DNA from: an uncultured cyanobacterium
Lineage (GTDB): Bacteria > Cyanobacteriota > Cyanobacteriia > PCC-9006 > JAAUQQ01
Length of the DNA: 64,000 bases
Assembly (NCBI GenBank): GCA_963718615.1
Contig: OY970368.1
Span: forward strand, 352,001 to 416,000
Direction of reading: 5' to 3'
Shown here: one piece after another, positions 10,065-19,764 of the stretch
Numbering within the stretch: position 1 is the stretch's first letter
Layout: each line of letters opens with the position of its first letter
Program-made: the position numbers and the translations under genes
Notes under the pieces: model-generated
The model's database searches: none
What the model saw: the letters and a program-made list of their open reading frames with translations, nothing else
What the model was told of the DNA's origin: nothing

Positions 10065-11366
10065 ATGCATGCAGCTGAAAGGAAAGGCACTTCGATGACC
10101 CAATTCGCCGAACCGAGCCGTGGGCTACCTCAGCGGATTTGTTTAGATAATGGCATTGTGGTGCTAGTCACGCCCAACCCGACGGCGGATATCATTGCAG
10201 CTCGGCTCTTTATGCGATCGGGCAGTGCTTGGGAAACCCCGCACAATGCTGGTTTGCTCAATCTCTTAGCTGCGCTGCTAACCAAGGGCACCGAGGATTA
10301 CTCTTCCCTCGAAATTGCAGAACAGGTCGAATCCGTCGGGGCGGGGTTGGGAACGGACGCGGCAACGGATTATCTGTTACTGAGCCTCAAAACCGTATCC
10401 CAGGATTTTCCGGAGCTGTTGCGGCTGGCGGGGGAGATTTTGCGATCGCCCGCCTTTCCCCCCCAAGAGATTGAACTCGAACGCCACCTCACCCTCCAAG
10501 GCATCCGCTCCCAGCAGGAGCAACCCATCTCCCTTGCCTTTGATGCCCTGCGCCAAGCCCTCTACGGTGACCATCCCTACGCCTTGTCGTCCCTAGGGAC
10601 CGAAACCTCCGTGGCACAGATCACCCAAGCGGATTTGCAGGCTTACCATGCCCAGCATTTTCGGCCCGATAACTTGGTGATTAGCATCGCGGGGCGCATT
10701 GACCCAGCCGTTGCCCTTGAGCTCGTTGAAACGATCTTCGGCGACTGGCGACGGCCCGCCAACCCACTTCCAGTCATCAGTTTGCCCCCCGTGGCTTCCC
10801 AGCCCCATCCCGTTCAGCAAACGATTCCTAGCCATCAAGTCATGGTGATGGTCGGACATCTGGCCCCAGCAGTCCACGACCCTCACCATGCTGCGATGAA
10901 GCTGATCAATACCTATCTAGGCAATGGGATGTCCAGCCGGTTATTTGTGGAATTGCGAGAGAAACAGGGGTTGGCCTACGAAGTCTCGACGTTTTACCCG
11001 ACCCGGCTCCATACCGCCCCCTTTGGGGCCTATTTGGGGACCGCCCCCAGTAATACCGTCCAGGCCCTAGAGGGATTGCAAGGGGAGATGGCTCGACTGA
11101 CGACGGTTGCCCTCACCGACGAGGAGCTGCAATCCACCCAAAACAAACTGCTGGGGCAATATGTCCTGGGCAAGCAGACCAACTCTCAAATTGCCCAGAT
11201 CTATGGCTGGTACGAGACGCTCAATTTAGGCATTGACTTTGACCAGCGATTTCAAGCGGAAATCCAGACCCTCACCGCCGAGGATCTTCAAGCTGCGGCC
11301 CAGGCCCATTTCCATGAGCCCTACGTTTCTCTCGTAGGCCCCGCCGAGGTCTTGGACGGACTCTAG
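10065..11366 (+). CDS. M16 family peptidase, non-catalytic partner subunit
   Basis: M16 fold motifs (LTKGT, HPY, SSRLFVELREKQGLAY) but no HxxEH; paired with the upstream gene. Confidence 0.9.
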   Translation: MHAAERKGTSMTQFAEPSRGLPQRICLDNGIVVLVTPNPTADIIAARLFMRSGSAWETPHNAGLLNLLAALLTKGTEDYSSLEIAEQVESVGAGLGTDAATDYLLLSLKTVSQDFPELLRLAGEILRSPAFPPQEIELERHLTLQGIRSQQEQPISLAFDALRQALYGDHPYALSSLGTETSVAQITQADLQAYHAQHFRPDNLVISIAGRIDPAVALELVETIFGDWRRPANPLPVISLPPVASQPHPVQQTIPSHQVMVMVGHLAPAVHDPHHAAMKLINTYLGNGMSSRLFVELREKQGLAYEVSTFYPTRLHTAPFGAYLGTAPSNTVQALEGLQGEMARLTTVALTDEELQSTQNKLLGQYVLGKQTNSQIAQIYGWYETLNLGIDFDQRFQAEIQTLTAEDLQAAAQAHFHEPYVSLVGPAEVLDGL

Positions 11367-11406
11367 CAGGCGTCGTTAGACCTTCAGGCAACCTTTTAAC
11401 CTTTTT

Positions 11407-11628
11407 CTAAACTTTTTGGAGGAAGGCGCTGTCGAGCAGGAACGAACCCCGCTCAAACCGCACAACCCAGGTTTGGCCGAGGCGCTGTTCGGTGAGCATG
11501 CCTTCTTCTCCGACGGTAATCAGGTCTGGGGGACGTAACATGGGCATCGGGTCTGCGGTTTTGAAGTAGGGGGGGGATTGACAGAGGCGCACGCGATCGC
11601 CCACCGCCAAAGAGGATTCAAGAGTCAT
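11407..11628 (-). CDS. sipA: NblS/Hik33-interacting regulator SipA (DUF3148)
   Basis: VGDRVRL..PPYFKTADPMPMLRPPDLI..GEEG..WVVRFERGSFLLD. Confidence 0.85.
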   Translation of the reverse strand: MTLESSLAVGDRVRLCQSPPYFKTADPMPMLRPPDLITVGEEGMLTEQRLGQTWVVRFERGSFLLDSAFLQKV

Positions 11629-11700
11629 GGTCTTGCTTCTGGTAAAACGCCTGATAAAACACCTGATAAAACGCCTGGAATAACAACTGACACCATTGGT

Positions 11701-12777
11701 TTACGGAACCTGCCAGGCTCGCTCGTGGTACTGCTCGGGCTGGGCATAGGGATCCGGGGCCTCGTGGTCGTAGCCATGGTCGTGACTGTGGTGGCCGTGA
11801 CTGTGGTGGTCGTGACTGTGGTGGTCGTGGTCGTGAGCATGGCCGTGGTGGCCGTTATGCGGGTGCCCAGCCCCGACTTCGCCCACCGCAGCTAGCCGGA
11901 ACTTGCACATTTCGCAGTTCATCTGCACTTGGCCGAGCTGGGTTTCGATTTCCCGTTCCCGCGCGATTGCGAAAAGCTGCGGATGGAGTCCCATTTCCGG
12001 CAGACAGACCATTTCAATCTCGGGATACTGCGCCTGGGCCTGCAGCGTCAGGTCGAAGATCTTTTTCATCAGGACCCCCGTGAAGAGGAAATAGGGCAAG
12101 ACGATAATGCGTTTGGGCCGATACAGGCTGGCTCGCCGAAAGCCTTCTTCCAAGCGGGGGTGGGTAATGCCAATAAAGCAAATTTCGACGGTGCTGTAGC
12201 CGCTCCCCTCCCAAAGCATCCGTGCCAGCTTAAAGACATCGCCATTGGCATCAGGGTCGCTGGCTCCTCGTCCGACAAAGAGCAGAACGGTCTCGGCGCG
12301 GTCAATTTGGTGGGGATTCCAAGTCGGGGTATCGAGCAGGGTGAGGCGATCGCGCCACAGCTCCAACATCCCCGGCGAAATCCCAAAATGACGCCCATAG
12401 TGGAACCGAATCTGGGGATGACGCGATCGCGCCCGATCCAACTCATTTGTGACGTCAAACTTGTTGTGCCGTGCGGCAAACAACAGGACAGGCAACGCGG
12501 ATAGATCGGTATAGCCCATCTCCACACAGCGATCGACCCCATCCTGGATCGTCGGTTCCGTCAGCTCCAGAAAACAGGGAATCACCGGGCGAGAGGGATC
12601 CAATGCGGCGTAGGCAGCGGCAAAATCTAAAACCCCCTGACGGCCTTCCGCATCGCGGCTACCATGGCCAATCATCAGCAAAGGTCGTTGTTCGGGCAAG
12701 GGGGGAAGAAAGAGGGGCGATCGCGCCTGCTCCGCCTGCTGCAACCCTTGCATTACCGCAAGATCCAATAAAGACAT
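11701..12777 (-). CDS. cbiX: Sirohydrochlorin cobaltochelatase CbiX, long form with His-rich tail
   Basis: [38 protein letters not shown]; (HDHHS)n tail; AGGAG RBS before ATG 12777. Confidence 0.93.
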   Translation of the reverse strand: MSLLDLAVMQGLQQAEQARSPLFLPPLPEQRPLLMIGHGSRDAEGRQGVLDFAAAYAALDPSRPVIPCFLELTEPTIQDGVDRCVEMGYTDLSALPVLLFAARHNKFDVTNELDRARSRHPQIRFHYGRHFGISPGMLELWRDRLTLLDTPTWNPHQIDRAETVLLFVGRGASDPDANGDVFKLARMLWEGSGYSTVEICFIGITHPRLEEGFRRASLYRPKRIIVLPYFLFTGVLMKKIFDLTLQAQAQYPEIEMVCLPEMGLHPQLFAIAREREIETQLGQVQMNCEMCKFRLAAVGEVGAGHPHNGHHGHAHDHDHHSHDHHSHGHHSHDHGYDHEAPDPYAQPEQYHERAWQVP

Positions 12778-12825
12778 ACAAAGAGGCTCCTTTCCTGTGC
12801 TTGGCAGGAATGAAACAGACAAACA

Positions 12826-12945
12826 ATGGGCAGGCATTCTGACTTACGGTTAGGTCTCTTTCCACACCTGTTCCGTTCACAGCTGCCGCACAGCCTCGGA
12901 CTCTCACCGATGTTTCCCTGGCCCATTGCGGTCATGAGTACCCTG
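12826..12945 (-). ncRNA. Cobalamin riboswitch upstream of cbiX
   Basis: Minus strand: AGGGAAACATCGGTGAGAGTCCGAGGCTGTGCGGCAGCTGTGA...AAGTCAGAATGCCTGCC (B12 box). Confidence 0.88.
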
Positions 12946-13139
12946 TCATCTTAGCCCGCAAGGCGGCTGAGGCATCACGCCCATTCCCCTTGTTTCCCAG
13001 CCCAAAAGCACCCTAGCAAAAAGCAGGGTATTGGACCCTGCTTCTGAAATGCATAGACTAATGGATTGAGTTTGAATTAAACCGTGAAGCCCATCGACGC
13101 AGGTTCTGAGCGGAACAAACGCCATTGTTCTGGGGGAGC

Positions 13140-13601
13140 CTAGCTCTGCTTACCTAGGACTTCCTTCTTCAAGGCATCAAAGTCCCGAGACAGTTCGTCC
13201 CGACTCGAAGCTTTGAGCAGATAGCGATACAGAAACCAAGCGCTATAGCCAAGACCAATAGTTTCAAAAGTAGGGGCAAGGAGGGGAATCTCGTTGATCG
13301 CAGACAAAACAGCCAAGGCAACCTTCACGGTCACGATCGCGCCAATCACCAAACCCACCTTCAAAATGGCCGGTTGATTGCTCTTGAAAAAGTCAGTCAC
13401 CCAAGCAACATAGGCAGAGGCTTGAGCAAGCAGCGCTTGGAGCTCGCCGCTGCCCTGGGGGAGCCTAGGTGTCGTGGCCAAGGGACCAGACTCCATCTTG
13501 ACTTCGACAACGGGGGCTTTAGTTTCTGTTGTGGCTTCCATGGTTTGTACGTCCGGGGTTTGCCCATCCGGAGATTGAGGATCTTGTGCTTCTGGATTCA
13601 T
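13140..13601 (-). CDS. curT: CAAD-domain thylakoid curvature protein (CurT/CURT1)
   Basis: AINEIPLLAPTFETIGLGYSAWFLYRYLLKASSRDEL CAAD signature; two TMs. Confidence 0.88.
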   Translation of the reverse strand: MNPEAQDPQSPDGQTPDVQTMEATTETKAPVVEVKMESGPLATTPRLPQGSGELQALLAQASAYVAWVTDFFKSNQPAILKVGLVIGAIVTVKVALAVLSAINEIPLLAPTFETIGLGYSAWFLYRYLLKASSRDELSRDFDALKKEVLGKQS

Positions 13602-13844
13602 AACGATCTTCCCATCTGTAGAGTTGAACCTTTCGACCCCGCGAATCTATTTAAGACTAGCGCAGACAGGGAGTCCGCTCAGCGAGCTCAAGTAAACCGT
13701 ATAAGAATTACAAACCTGAGCGACTCTTGCAAGCCTAGTTCATATGAACCACAATACCATAGACGGTCGGGATCAGGACTGCAAGCCAGAAAGACCTGCT
13801 GAGGCTGCATTTTGTCTCTCTAGCTTGCCTTGAAAATAGAGCGA

Positions 13845-14573
13845 TCAGTCTCGGCTTTGGAGGGCGATCAGGAGCCGCAGCAGAAAGACAAACAAATTGA
13901 TATAGGTCAGATACATTGACAATGCAGCGGACAAATATTGTTCGTCTTTATAGGTACGTGGCAGAGCATAGAAATCCACCACAGCGGCTCCAGCAAACAG
14001 GACAACGCCAATGCCTGAAATACTGATTTCTAGCCATCCAGGGGTATACACCCCAAACACACTCAACAGCAGTTGAGCGGCCAGCACTACCACTAAACCA
14101 ATCACACCCAGCTGAATGGTTCGTTGCAGGGCAAATCCGTCGCTTTCGCTGAGGTTGCTGCCAATGGGGCGGGCGAGGATGAAGGTGATGCCACAGCCTA
14201 GGGCTGCGATGCCGATCCCTTCAATGCCCACTTTGGGGGTGGCGAGGGCGATCGCAATCAATCCCGTCAGCGTATAACCCGAGAGCAGGCTATAAAGACT
14301 CAGCAACGGCAGCGCCGTCGTTTGCTTCTCCTGCTCTGCTGCCCCACGGGCCACAAAAAACAACAGGAGCTCTAGGATAATTGCCCCAATAAAACTGGGC
14401 ATAAAGAACTGGGGATAGCGTTCGAGTACCCCCAACCCCCCATAGGTCCCAAGGGCGGTGAGCAGCAGCCCACCCCCCAGAAAAGGCAGCGCTTTGCCAA
14501 TGACATTGGGACCCACCAAGGATTGGCCACGGGCTGCCTCGATGGCCTTCCGAAAATTACTGGTATTCGCCAT
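13845..14573 (-). CDS. Bax inhibitor-1/YccA family membrane protein
   Basis: About 7 TMs; C-terminal AALSMYLTYINLFVFLLRLL. Confidence 0.9.
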   Translation of the reverse strand: MANTSNFRKAIEAARGQSLVGPNVIGKALPFLGGGLLLTALGTYGGLGVLERYPQFFMPSFIGAIILELLLFFVARGAAEQEKQTTALPLLSLYSLLSGYTLTGLIAIALATPKVGIEGIGIAALGCGITFILARPIGSNLSESDGFALQRTIQLGVIGLVVVLAAQLLLSVFGVYTPGWLEISISGIGVVLFAGAAVVDFYALPRTYKDEQYLSAALSMYLTYINLFVFLLRLLIALQSRD

Positions 14574-15144
14574 AGGGTCTAGAAATGATGATGGTCATTG
14601 GTTTCAGTTTAGCGCTGGATGCTTGTGGAGGAGGATTCGATCCTCACGGCTCAACAAAGCCTGCAATCCTGGGAAACCTATAAGTAGAGCCATCGAGTAG
14701 AGCCCCGTCGGGACCACCATCAGAACCGCAAGGGGGGGCCAATCCTAGAGAGATAGGGGGGCTACCAACCCCGACAGACCATCCAGATCAGGTTACGCTT
14801 CCAGAGAAGTGAACCAATTTCCGAAACCAGGGAAAGGGTTTGCGTAGTTCTAAAGGGACACCAGTTCTGAAGGGACACCAGTCAATCCCATTCTCCACCC
14901 TATCTGTCTAGTCCTTCTGAGATTAAAACCCTCCATCCGGACTTCTACTCCTGTTGACGCGATGGATATAAAACCTCATTCTCCACTGAGCATTTTTCTC
15001 TGAATAGATACGAAAATCACAGCCCCAAAGACCCATAAAGTGCCTTCCGTGATTCTTCTGAAGCGATCGCCAGCGTGATTTTAGACTCCCGTAGATCAAC
15101 GATGGTTATCCCCGGTTCAGATCTCGACAATAGGGCTAGCTCTG

Positions 15145-15948
15145 ATGCAAGGTGTCCTGTCAATGCTAGCCACTCAATCTTCCTATCGTTCCCGAGGACT
15201 GGAACTGCTGGTGCAGTACCACAACGATCGCTCGATTAAGACAAGGAACCATCTCGTAAGAATGAATGCAGGTCTGGTGCGTAAAATTGCTCATCGGATT
15301 AGCCACCAATGCTCTGAACCCTACGAAGACCTAGAGCAAATTGGCTACCTGGGCCTGATCCGAGCAATTGAGCGGTTCAACCCTCACCAAGGCTGTGCGT
15401 TCAGCTCCTTTGCCGTTCCCTACATTCGCGGTGAAATTCTGCACTTCCTGCGCGATCGCGCCACCTCTGTTCGGATTCCCCGCCGTTGGCAAGATCTGCA
15501 AAAAGCCAGCCAGCGCGCTCGCGAAAAGCTGACCCGTGAAATGGGCCGTCAGCCCCAGGATCAAGAGGTCGCTGATGAACTGGGGATTTCGCTCTGTGAA
15601 TGGCAGGACATTAAGCTGGCTGGGAAAAACCGGATGCCCCTGAGCTTAGATGCAACCGTCTGCTATCAAAATGATTCTTCACTGACCCTCGGCGATACCC
15701 TGCCGGATCCCCAGTATATTCATCTGCAAGCGCGGGAAGAGGAGCGTCAGCAACTGCAACGGGCTATGGGAGAACTTGAAGACAAGACTCGTGCAGCGAT
15801 CGAGTTTGTCTTTTTCAACGACATGTCTCGCAAAGAAGTAGCAGAGCGCATTGGCGTTAGCCCTATGACCGTGACGCGTCGGATTCAGCGCGGGATTCAA
15901 CAGATGATTTCAACCTTGCAACCCCAAATGCCCCAAGCTGAGCCTTAG
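15145..15948 (+). CDS. sigF: RNA polymerase sigma factor SigF
   Basis: RNHLVRMNAGLVRKIAH, EPYEDLEQIGYLGLIRAIERF, FSSFAVPYIRGEILHFLRD; region 4 HTH. Confidence 0.93.
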   Translation: MQGVLSMLATQSSYRSRGLELLVQYHNDRSIKTRNHLVRMNAGLVRKIAHRISHQCSEPYEDLEQIGYLGLIRAIERFNPHQGCAFSSFAVPYIRGEILHFLRDRATSVRIPRRWQDLQKASQRAREKLTREMGRQPQDQEVADELGISLCEWQDIKLAGKNRMPLSLDATVCYQNDSSLTLGDTLPDPQYIHLQAREEERQQLQRAMGELEDKTRAAIEFVFFNDMSRKEVAERIGVSPMTVTRRIQRGIQQMISTLQPQMPQAEP

Positions 15949-16040
15949 GGGAACCGAGCCTTCAGGGATATTGCTAGGTAGAGGCTCCAACCCTGAGTCC
16001 TCCCTCTAATTTCTCCCTCTAATTTCTCTCTCTAATTCCC

Positions 16041-16067
16041 TAAGGGGTCGGCATTCCCGACCCCTTA
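16041..16067. terminator. Hairpin between convergent sigF and anti-sigma genes
   Basis: TAAGGGGTCG-GCATTCC-CGACCCCTTA. Confidence 0.7.
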
Positions 16068-16104
16068 TCCATGACGGTCAATCTATACTATGACGACCCA
16101 TCCT

Positions 16105-16623
16105 TTAGGAAGCGCAGGATAAACAAACCGGCTTGCGCGCACGCTGATAGCGCTTATAGAGGGTGAGGGTCGTGCCTTTTGCATTCCAGGAAATCTCATC
16201 AAAAACCTGATGCAAAATAAACAGACCTCGTCCACAGGATTGGTCTTCGCAGGGAAACCAATCCTCGCTGACCTTGAAATCTAGAGAAGGCGGGGTAAAT
16301 CCAGCCCCTTGGTCTTCAATGATCCAATAACAGCCTTGGCTATAGCGAGCATAACGAACAGAAATCGATTTGGCTGGATCCAAAGCATTTCCATGCTTGG
16401 CCGCATTGACTAGGGCTTCCTGCAACCCGAGGCGTACCTCAAGCTGGTGGGGGTCAGGGGTTAGGGTCAATAACAAATCCAGGATGGGCTGGAGGTGGAG
16501 TGTGGAGGGAAAACTCAACGTTTTCCAAGTGGGCCGATGACGGGACCGAAGGACGTCATCCGTAGACCCTTGCTCGAATTGAACCCAGTTGTTACCAGCC
16601 ATGGCAATCCTTGCTTGAGGCAA
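16105..16623 (-). CDS. Anti-sigma factor-type Ser/Thr kinase (HATPase_c_2, RsbW-like)
   Basis: LQEALVNAAKHGN (N box), IEDQGAGF (G1), GRGLFILHQVFD (G2). Confidence 0.85.
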   Translation of the reverse strand: MPQARIAMAGNNWVQFEQGSTDDVLRSRHRPTWKTLSFPSTLHLQPILDLLLTLTPDPHQLEVRLGLQEALVNAAKHGNALDPAKSISVRYARYSQGCYWIIEDQGAGFTPPSLDFKVSEDWFPCEDQSCGRGLFILHQVFDEISWNAKGTTLTLYKRYQRARKPVCLSCAS

Positions 16624-16763
16624 TTCCTAACTTCTAATTTTATCAATTTTTTAGATTTCAGGCTACTGGCGTAAGACAGACAGAAAATATTTGGGTTTGC
16701 GATTGTGCCTGTCTAAAGCTTCAAAACCCTATTTTCAGAAGCTTGCGGTGCGATCGCCAAGAA

Positions 16764-16826
16764 GGGGTAACACCCCATTATCAAAAGTAACGAGACCTTC
16801 ACCCCTGAGGGGGGTCATCCCCCTCA
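16764..16826. promoter_or_regulatory. Two candidate HetR boxes in the divergent anti-sigma/hetR promoter region
   Basis: GGGG-TAACA-CCCC (16764-16776) and the perfect inverted repeat TGAGGGGG-GTCAT-CCCCCTCA (16806-16826), both GGG-N5-CCC. Confidence 0.55.
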
Positions 16827-17116
16827 AGCAGAAACCCAATCTTTTTGGGGGCCTAGGATTGACTTAACTATTGAGCGGCAAAGGCATACGGCTCTGCCCA
16901 GAAAGACTGGCGAAAATTCCAGTATTTTTGCGGATCTTTGGGCAACTATCTGGACTGCCTAGTTAATTGCTGTATTATGGGTAATAATTATTACTTCAAG
17001 AGATGGAAATCCAGCCGCTTACCGGCGGTACTTCGGGTTCGAGTGATTAAGGCCAATTAAAGTCTTTTTAGCCATTGTCATGAACAAACCCCAAATCGTT
17101 TAGGAAGGGTGTTCCC

Positions 17117-18076
17117 GTGCAATCTACTACTACATCCACCAAAGTGTCATCTATCGCAGCGTCCGTAAATTCAAACTCTGCACTCTACGCCAAATTATTT
17201 GATGCGTTAGAGCCCAGTGCCATTGACCAAATTCTGCTCCAGCTTGCAGCAAGCGCTATGCGCATGGGGGGACACCGCTATGGTGCCTTCCTGGATGCGG
17301 CAACCACCGCTGCCAAATGCGCGATTTATACGACCTATTTGGAGCAGGGTCAGAACCTACGGAAAACGGGCGGTCTGCACCATGTTGAGCCCAAACGGGT
17401 AAAGGCGATCGTGCAGGAGATCGACGCCGCGCTGAACGAGGGGAAACTGCTAAAGACGCTTGGCTCTCAAGAACCTCGCTACCTGATTCGCTTTCCGCAC
17501 CTTTGGCTGCAGCAATATCCCTGGAATTCCAATCAACCTCGGCTGTTAACGAATCGTCTGACTCTGGGCGAAAAGCAAAAAATCGAGGAAACGCTTCCCG
17601 ATGATCTGCCCGATGCCTGTTTGCTCAACTCGTTCCAGTTTATGGAATTAATTGAGCTGCTACATATGAAGTCCCAGGACCATTTGCCCCCCGACCGGCG
17701 GATGCCCTTGAGTGAGGCGCTGGCGGAGCATATTAAGCTGCGGTTGCTTTACTCCGGTACGGTGTTGCAGATCGATTCCCCCTGGGGACTGCCTTTCTAC
17801 GCACTGGCTCGGACCTCCTATTCGCCCAAGGGTGAACAAGAGCGAGCCTATGTGGTCATTGAAGACGTGGCTCGGTTCTTCCGCCTGATGCAGGTTTGGG
17901 TGGACGAAAAGCCTGGAGTGATGCGGGCGCTGGAGGCGTTCGATATTGATCCGGCTCGACGGGAAGATGCGCTTCAGGAATTGGACAAATATGTTCAAAG
18001 CTGGGCGGATAAATACCACGTGGAAGGGGGTGAGCCGATGATTATGCAATTGGTTGTGGGCGATCGCGAAGACTAA
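17117..18076 (+). CDS. hetR: HetR transcriptional regulator
   Basis: PSAIDQI, GHRYGAFLDAA..AAKCAIY..YLEQGQNLR, HHVEPKRVK, LGSQEPRYLI, LSEALAEHIK, DSPWGLPFYAL, WADKYH. Confidence 0.97.
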   Translation: MQSTTTSTKVSSIAASVNSNSALYAKLFDALEPSAIDQILLQLAASAMRMGGHRYGAFLDAATTAAKCAIYTTYLEQGQNLRKTGGLHHVEPKRVKAIVQEIDAALNEGKLLKTLGSQEPRYLIRFPHLWLQQYPWNSNQPRLLTNRLTLGEKQKIEETLPDDLPDACLLNSFQFMELIELLHMKSQDHLPPDRRMPLSEALAEHIKLRLLYSGTVLQIDSPWGLPFYALARTSYSPKGEQERAYVVIEDVARFFRLMQVWVDEKPGVMRALEAFDIDPARREDALQELDKYVQSWADKYHVEGGEPMIMQLVVGDRED

Positions 18077-18125
18077 ATTCTTTCTGTCTCTCCTCTGTTT
18101 TGTGAATTGTGTTCAGTTTAAATTC

Positions 18126-18153
18126 AAGCGACTCCCTAGGGGTCGCTTTTTTG
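18126..18153 (+). terminator. Intrinsic terminator of hetR
   Basis: AAGCGACTCC-CTA-GGGGTCGCTT followed by a T run. Confidence 0.8.
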
Positions 18154-18182
18154 TGGGGATTATTGGGTATCAAAGGCAAAAT

Positions 18183-18935
18183 TCAATATAACGTTCCAAA
18201 CCGATAGCCCTTGCCATAGACCGTATGAATGAGTGGCACTTCGTCGGGGGCTTCGATTTTGCGGCGCAGGAGACGAATTTGGGCAGCGAGGACATTGCTG
18301 GAGGGCTGGCGATCGCCCCCCCACAAAAATGCTTGAATCGCTTCATGGGTCAGCAGTTCCGCCGGATGCTGCATGAGATAGGTCAAGAGCAACGTTTCCT
18401 TTTCTGATAGATCAATCGTGCGCCCCTGGCGTCGGGCTCGGCGGTTGTCTGGATCGAGTTCTAAGTCTTCGACCTGAAGCACTTTGGGTGCGGTGACCCT
18501 TGATGGATCAGAAGTGGTACTAGAGCCTGCGATCGCCTCTGCCATGGGAGGCCGCCGCAGAAGAGCCCGCACCCGCGCCAATAATTCCCGCAGTTCAAAG
18601 GGTTTCATGAGGTAGTCATCGGCTCCGGCATCGAGCCCTTCGACCCGATCATCCAAGGTATCTTTGGCAGTGAGGAACAGGACGGGGGTGCGATCGCCCC
18701 GTTGTCGCAGCCTTTGGCAGAGTTCGAGGCCCGAAACCTGGGGCATCATCCAATCGAGAATCAGCAAACTGTAAATCCCCGTTGACGCCAGGGTTAAACC
18801 AGTTTGGCCATCCTGGGCAATCTCTACCTGATAGCCTTCCTTTTGGAGCACGCGGCCCAGGGGCGTGGTTAGTTCGGGTTCATCATCCACCAGCAAAATT
18901 TGGGGAGAAGCGGGGGAGCGATCGCTGATTGTCAT
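18183..18935 (-). CDS. rppA: OmpR-family response regulator (RppA-like)
   Basis: ILLVDDE, LILDWMMP, LFLTAKD, GADDYLMKPF; winged-helix end SNVLAAQIRLLRRKIE..IHTVYGKGYRF. Confidence 0.75.
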   Translation of the reverse strand: MTISDRSPASPQILLVDDEPELTTPLGRVLQKEGYQVEIAQDGQTGLTLASTGIYSLLILDWMMPQVSGLELCQRLRQRGDRTPVLFLTAKDTLDDRVEGLDAGADDYLMKPFELRELLARVRALLRRPPMAEAIAGSSTTSDPSRVTAPKVLQVEDLELDPDNRRARRQGRTIDLSEKETLLLTYLMQHPAELLTHEAIQAFLWGGDRQPSSNVLAAQIRLLRRKIEAPDEVPLIHTVYGKGYRFGTLY

Positions 18936-19083
18936 GGTGATATGTTGGGCGGACCCACGGCCCTTGCTAGAATGGAGCACTGGGAAAGCCAAACCGTCAA
19001 TCTGTGCCTTCTTCTGCGCTTTCTTCTGCGCCTTCTGAGCGCTTGACCTTCACCCTTTTATATTCACCCATTTTCACCCTTTC

Positions 19084-19731
19084 ATGCTAACCGTTGCCCT
19101 TGCCAAAGGTGAATTGCTCAAGGAAAGCATTCGCCTGTTCCAATCCATTGGATTGGATTTTAGTGCCTTCCTGGAGCCGGGAATGCGCCAGCTACAAATC
19201 GAAGATCCCACCGGACAGGCCCGTGCCATGATTGTCCGCAATGGTGATGTGCCGGTGCATGTGGAATATGGCCAAGCGGATCTGGGCATCGTGGGCTATG
19301 ACGTTTTGCGGGAAAAGCAGGCGAAGGTCGCCCAGTTGGTGGATCTGGGGTTTGCCCCCTGTCGGCTTTCTGTGGCGGTGAAAAAGTCGAGTCCCTACCG
19401 CTCGGCGCTGGATCTACCGGCCCACGCCCGTGTGGCATCCAAGTTTGTGGGCTGTGCCAAGGACTATTTTCACGCCCTGGATTTGCCAGTGGACATTATT
19501 TATCTATCGGGGTCCGTAGAGTTGGGGCCAATTACGGGATTGTCGGAGGCGATCGTCGATTTAGTCGCGACGGGGACAACCCTGCGGGAGAACGGTCTGG
19601 TGGAACTGGATGTGATTTTTACGAGCACGGCCCGACTCATTGCCAATCCGCTTAGCTATCGGCTCAATCACAACGGCATTGGCGATATCGTCGAGAAGCT
19701 GCGCCATCTGACGGCTCCAATGGCGATTTAA
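19084..19731 (+). CDS. hisG: ATP phosphoribosyltransferase, short form
   Basis: [53 protein letters not shown]. Confidence 0.96.
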   Translation: MLTVALAKGELLKESIRLFQSIGLDFSAFLEPGMRQLQIEDPTGQARAMIVRNGDVPVHVEYGQADLGIVGYDVLREKQAKVAQLVDLGFAPCRLSVAVKKSSPYRSALDLPAHARVASKFVGCAKDYFHALDLPVDIIYLSGSVELGPITGLSEAIVDLVATGTTLRENGLVELDVIFTSTARLIANPLSYRLNHNGIGDIVEKLRHLTAPMAI

Positions 19732-19764
19732 TTTTGGGATTTAACCTTACGTGGGCTTAACTTT

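Noticed and set aside
11578-11895. Poly-Thr and poly-Val ORFs
   Set aside because: Shadow frames of the CbiX His-repeat tail.
17117-18076. hetR as evidence of heterocysts or nitrogen fixation
   Set aside because: hetR also occurs in non-heterocystous filaments, this copy is divergent, and no nif or other het genes are in the window.
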